Below are positions 63,578 to 64,000 of a stretch of 64,000 nt of DNA, one piece after another (the stretch's first letter is position 1; each line of letters begins with the position of its first letter). The notes beneath the pieces were generated by a model. It was given only the letters and a program-made list of their open reading frames with translations, did not search any database and was not told where the DNA came from. The stretch is from a virus. The stretch covers positions 116,712 to 180,711 of the IMG/VR virus record IMGVR_UViG_3300029319_000004; one strand, 5' to 3'. The position numbers were made by a program, and so were the translations under genes.

Positions 63578-63641
63578 CCCCCTTGTCTGGGCCAAAACGG
63601 TTCTTACTTTATAGGTGTCCAAGAGAGACGGAGACGACGAC

Positions 63642-63863
63642 ATGACGAACCAAGCACCCATCCACCCCTCTGAGCGCGTCGAGATCGGCATATGCGATAG
63701 CGACGACTTCTGCGTGACCCCTGGCCAGCGCCGCAAGTTGAACGTCCACTGGGCACAATCTGCGGTGGGCTACTGGGCACCCGTCCTGGCCACCTGCAAG
63801 GGCTGTGCCCGCCGAGCCCGGAAGGCGCGCCGCGCAAGGTGCGAAGCAAAAGTGCGTAAATAA
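63642..63863 (+). CDS. Basic Cys-containing hypothetical protein
   Basis: Promoter at 63583 and SD GGAG; CDSDDFC...CKGC; Arg-rich tail. Confidence 0.6.
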   Translation: MTNQAPIHPSERVEIGICDSDDFCVTPGQRRKLNVHWAQSAVGYWAPVLATCKGCARRARKARRARCEAKVRK

Positions 63864-63986
63864 GTACCCAAGGTGCGAACCAAAGTACGCACTTGAGGCT
63901 GATTTGGCCATGTTGGCGAGGCTACTGAAATCGCCAAGATCTTGTAATCATTAGGAAAACAAAAAACTTTCCCAAAACGCCAAAGT

Positions 63987-64000
63987 TGGCACGCGACTTG
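63987..64000 (+). promoter_or_regulatory. Possible sigma54 (-24/-12) promoter, cut by window end
   Basis: TGGCACG-cgac-TTG matches TGGCACG-N4-TTGC as far as the sequence goes. Confidence 0.45.

Overview
The window is a co-oriented (+ strand) segment of a large, AT-rich, T4-like myophage (jumbo-phage type) genome in standard genetic code 11. The order is: 3' end of the major capsid gene, neck, tail and baseplate module (0-17 kb); replication and nucleotide metabolism (17-38 kb: short family-A polymerase, divergent tubulin/FtsZ, SSB, RecA, 5' nuclease, DnaB, NrdJ, ThyX, DnaE, dUTPase, GuaB/GuaC); chaperone, stress and auxiliary genes plus 4 tRNAs (39-51 kb: ClpP, GroEL, Grx, Hsp20, PAP2, peptide deformylase, UvsE); and a hypervariable early region of many small ORFs, each block preceded by a near-identical promoter (51-64 kb). 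The best candidates for undescribed biology are: (1) an array of about 17 small SH3/KOW-like paralogs, many chained by a conserved 14-bp stop/start junction that also flanks unrelated genes, resembling a cassette-shuffling system; (2) a duplicated 32-nt H-type pseudoknot with compensatory base changes, lying 6 nt after a UAG in both the SSB and AAA-ATPase genes, which could fuse SSB in frame to a membrane protein; (3) a probable +1/-2 frameshift joining the two tail-chaperone ORFs; (4) a ROSE-like RNA thermometer on hsp20; (5) a muramidase-SGNH esterase fusion. All family assignments come from motif recognition by eye. No database search, folding or GC computation was run.
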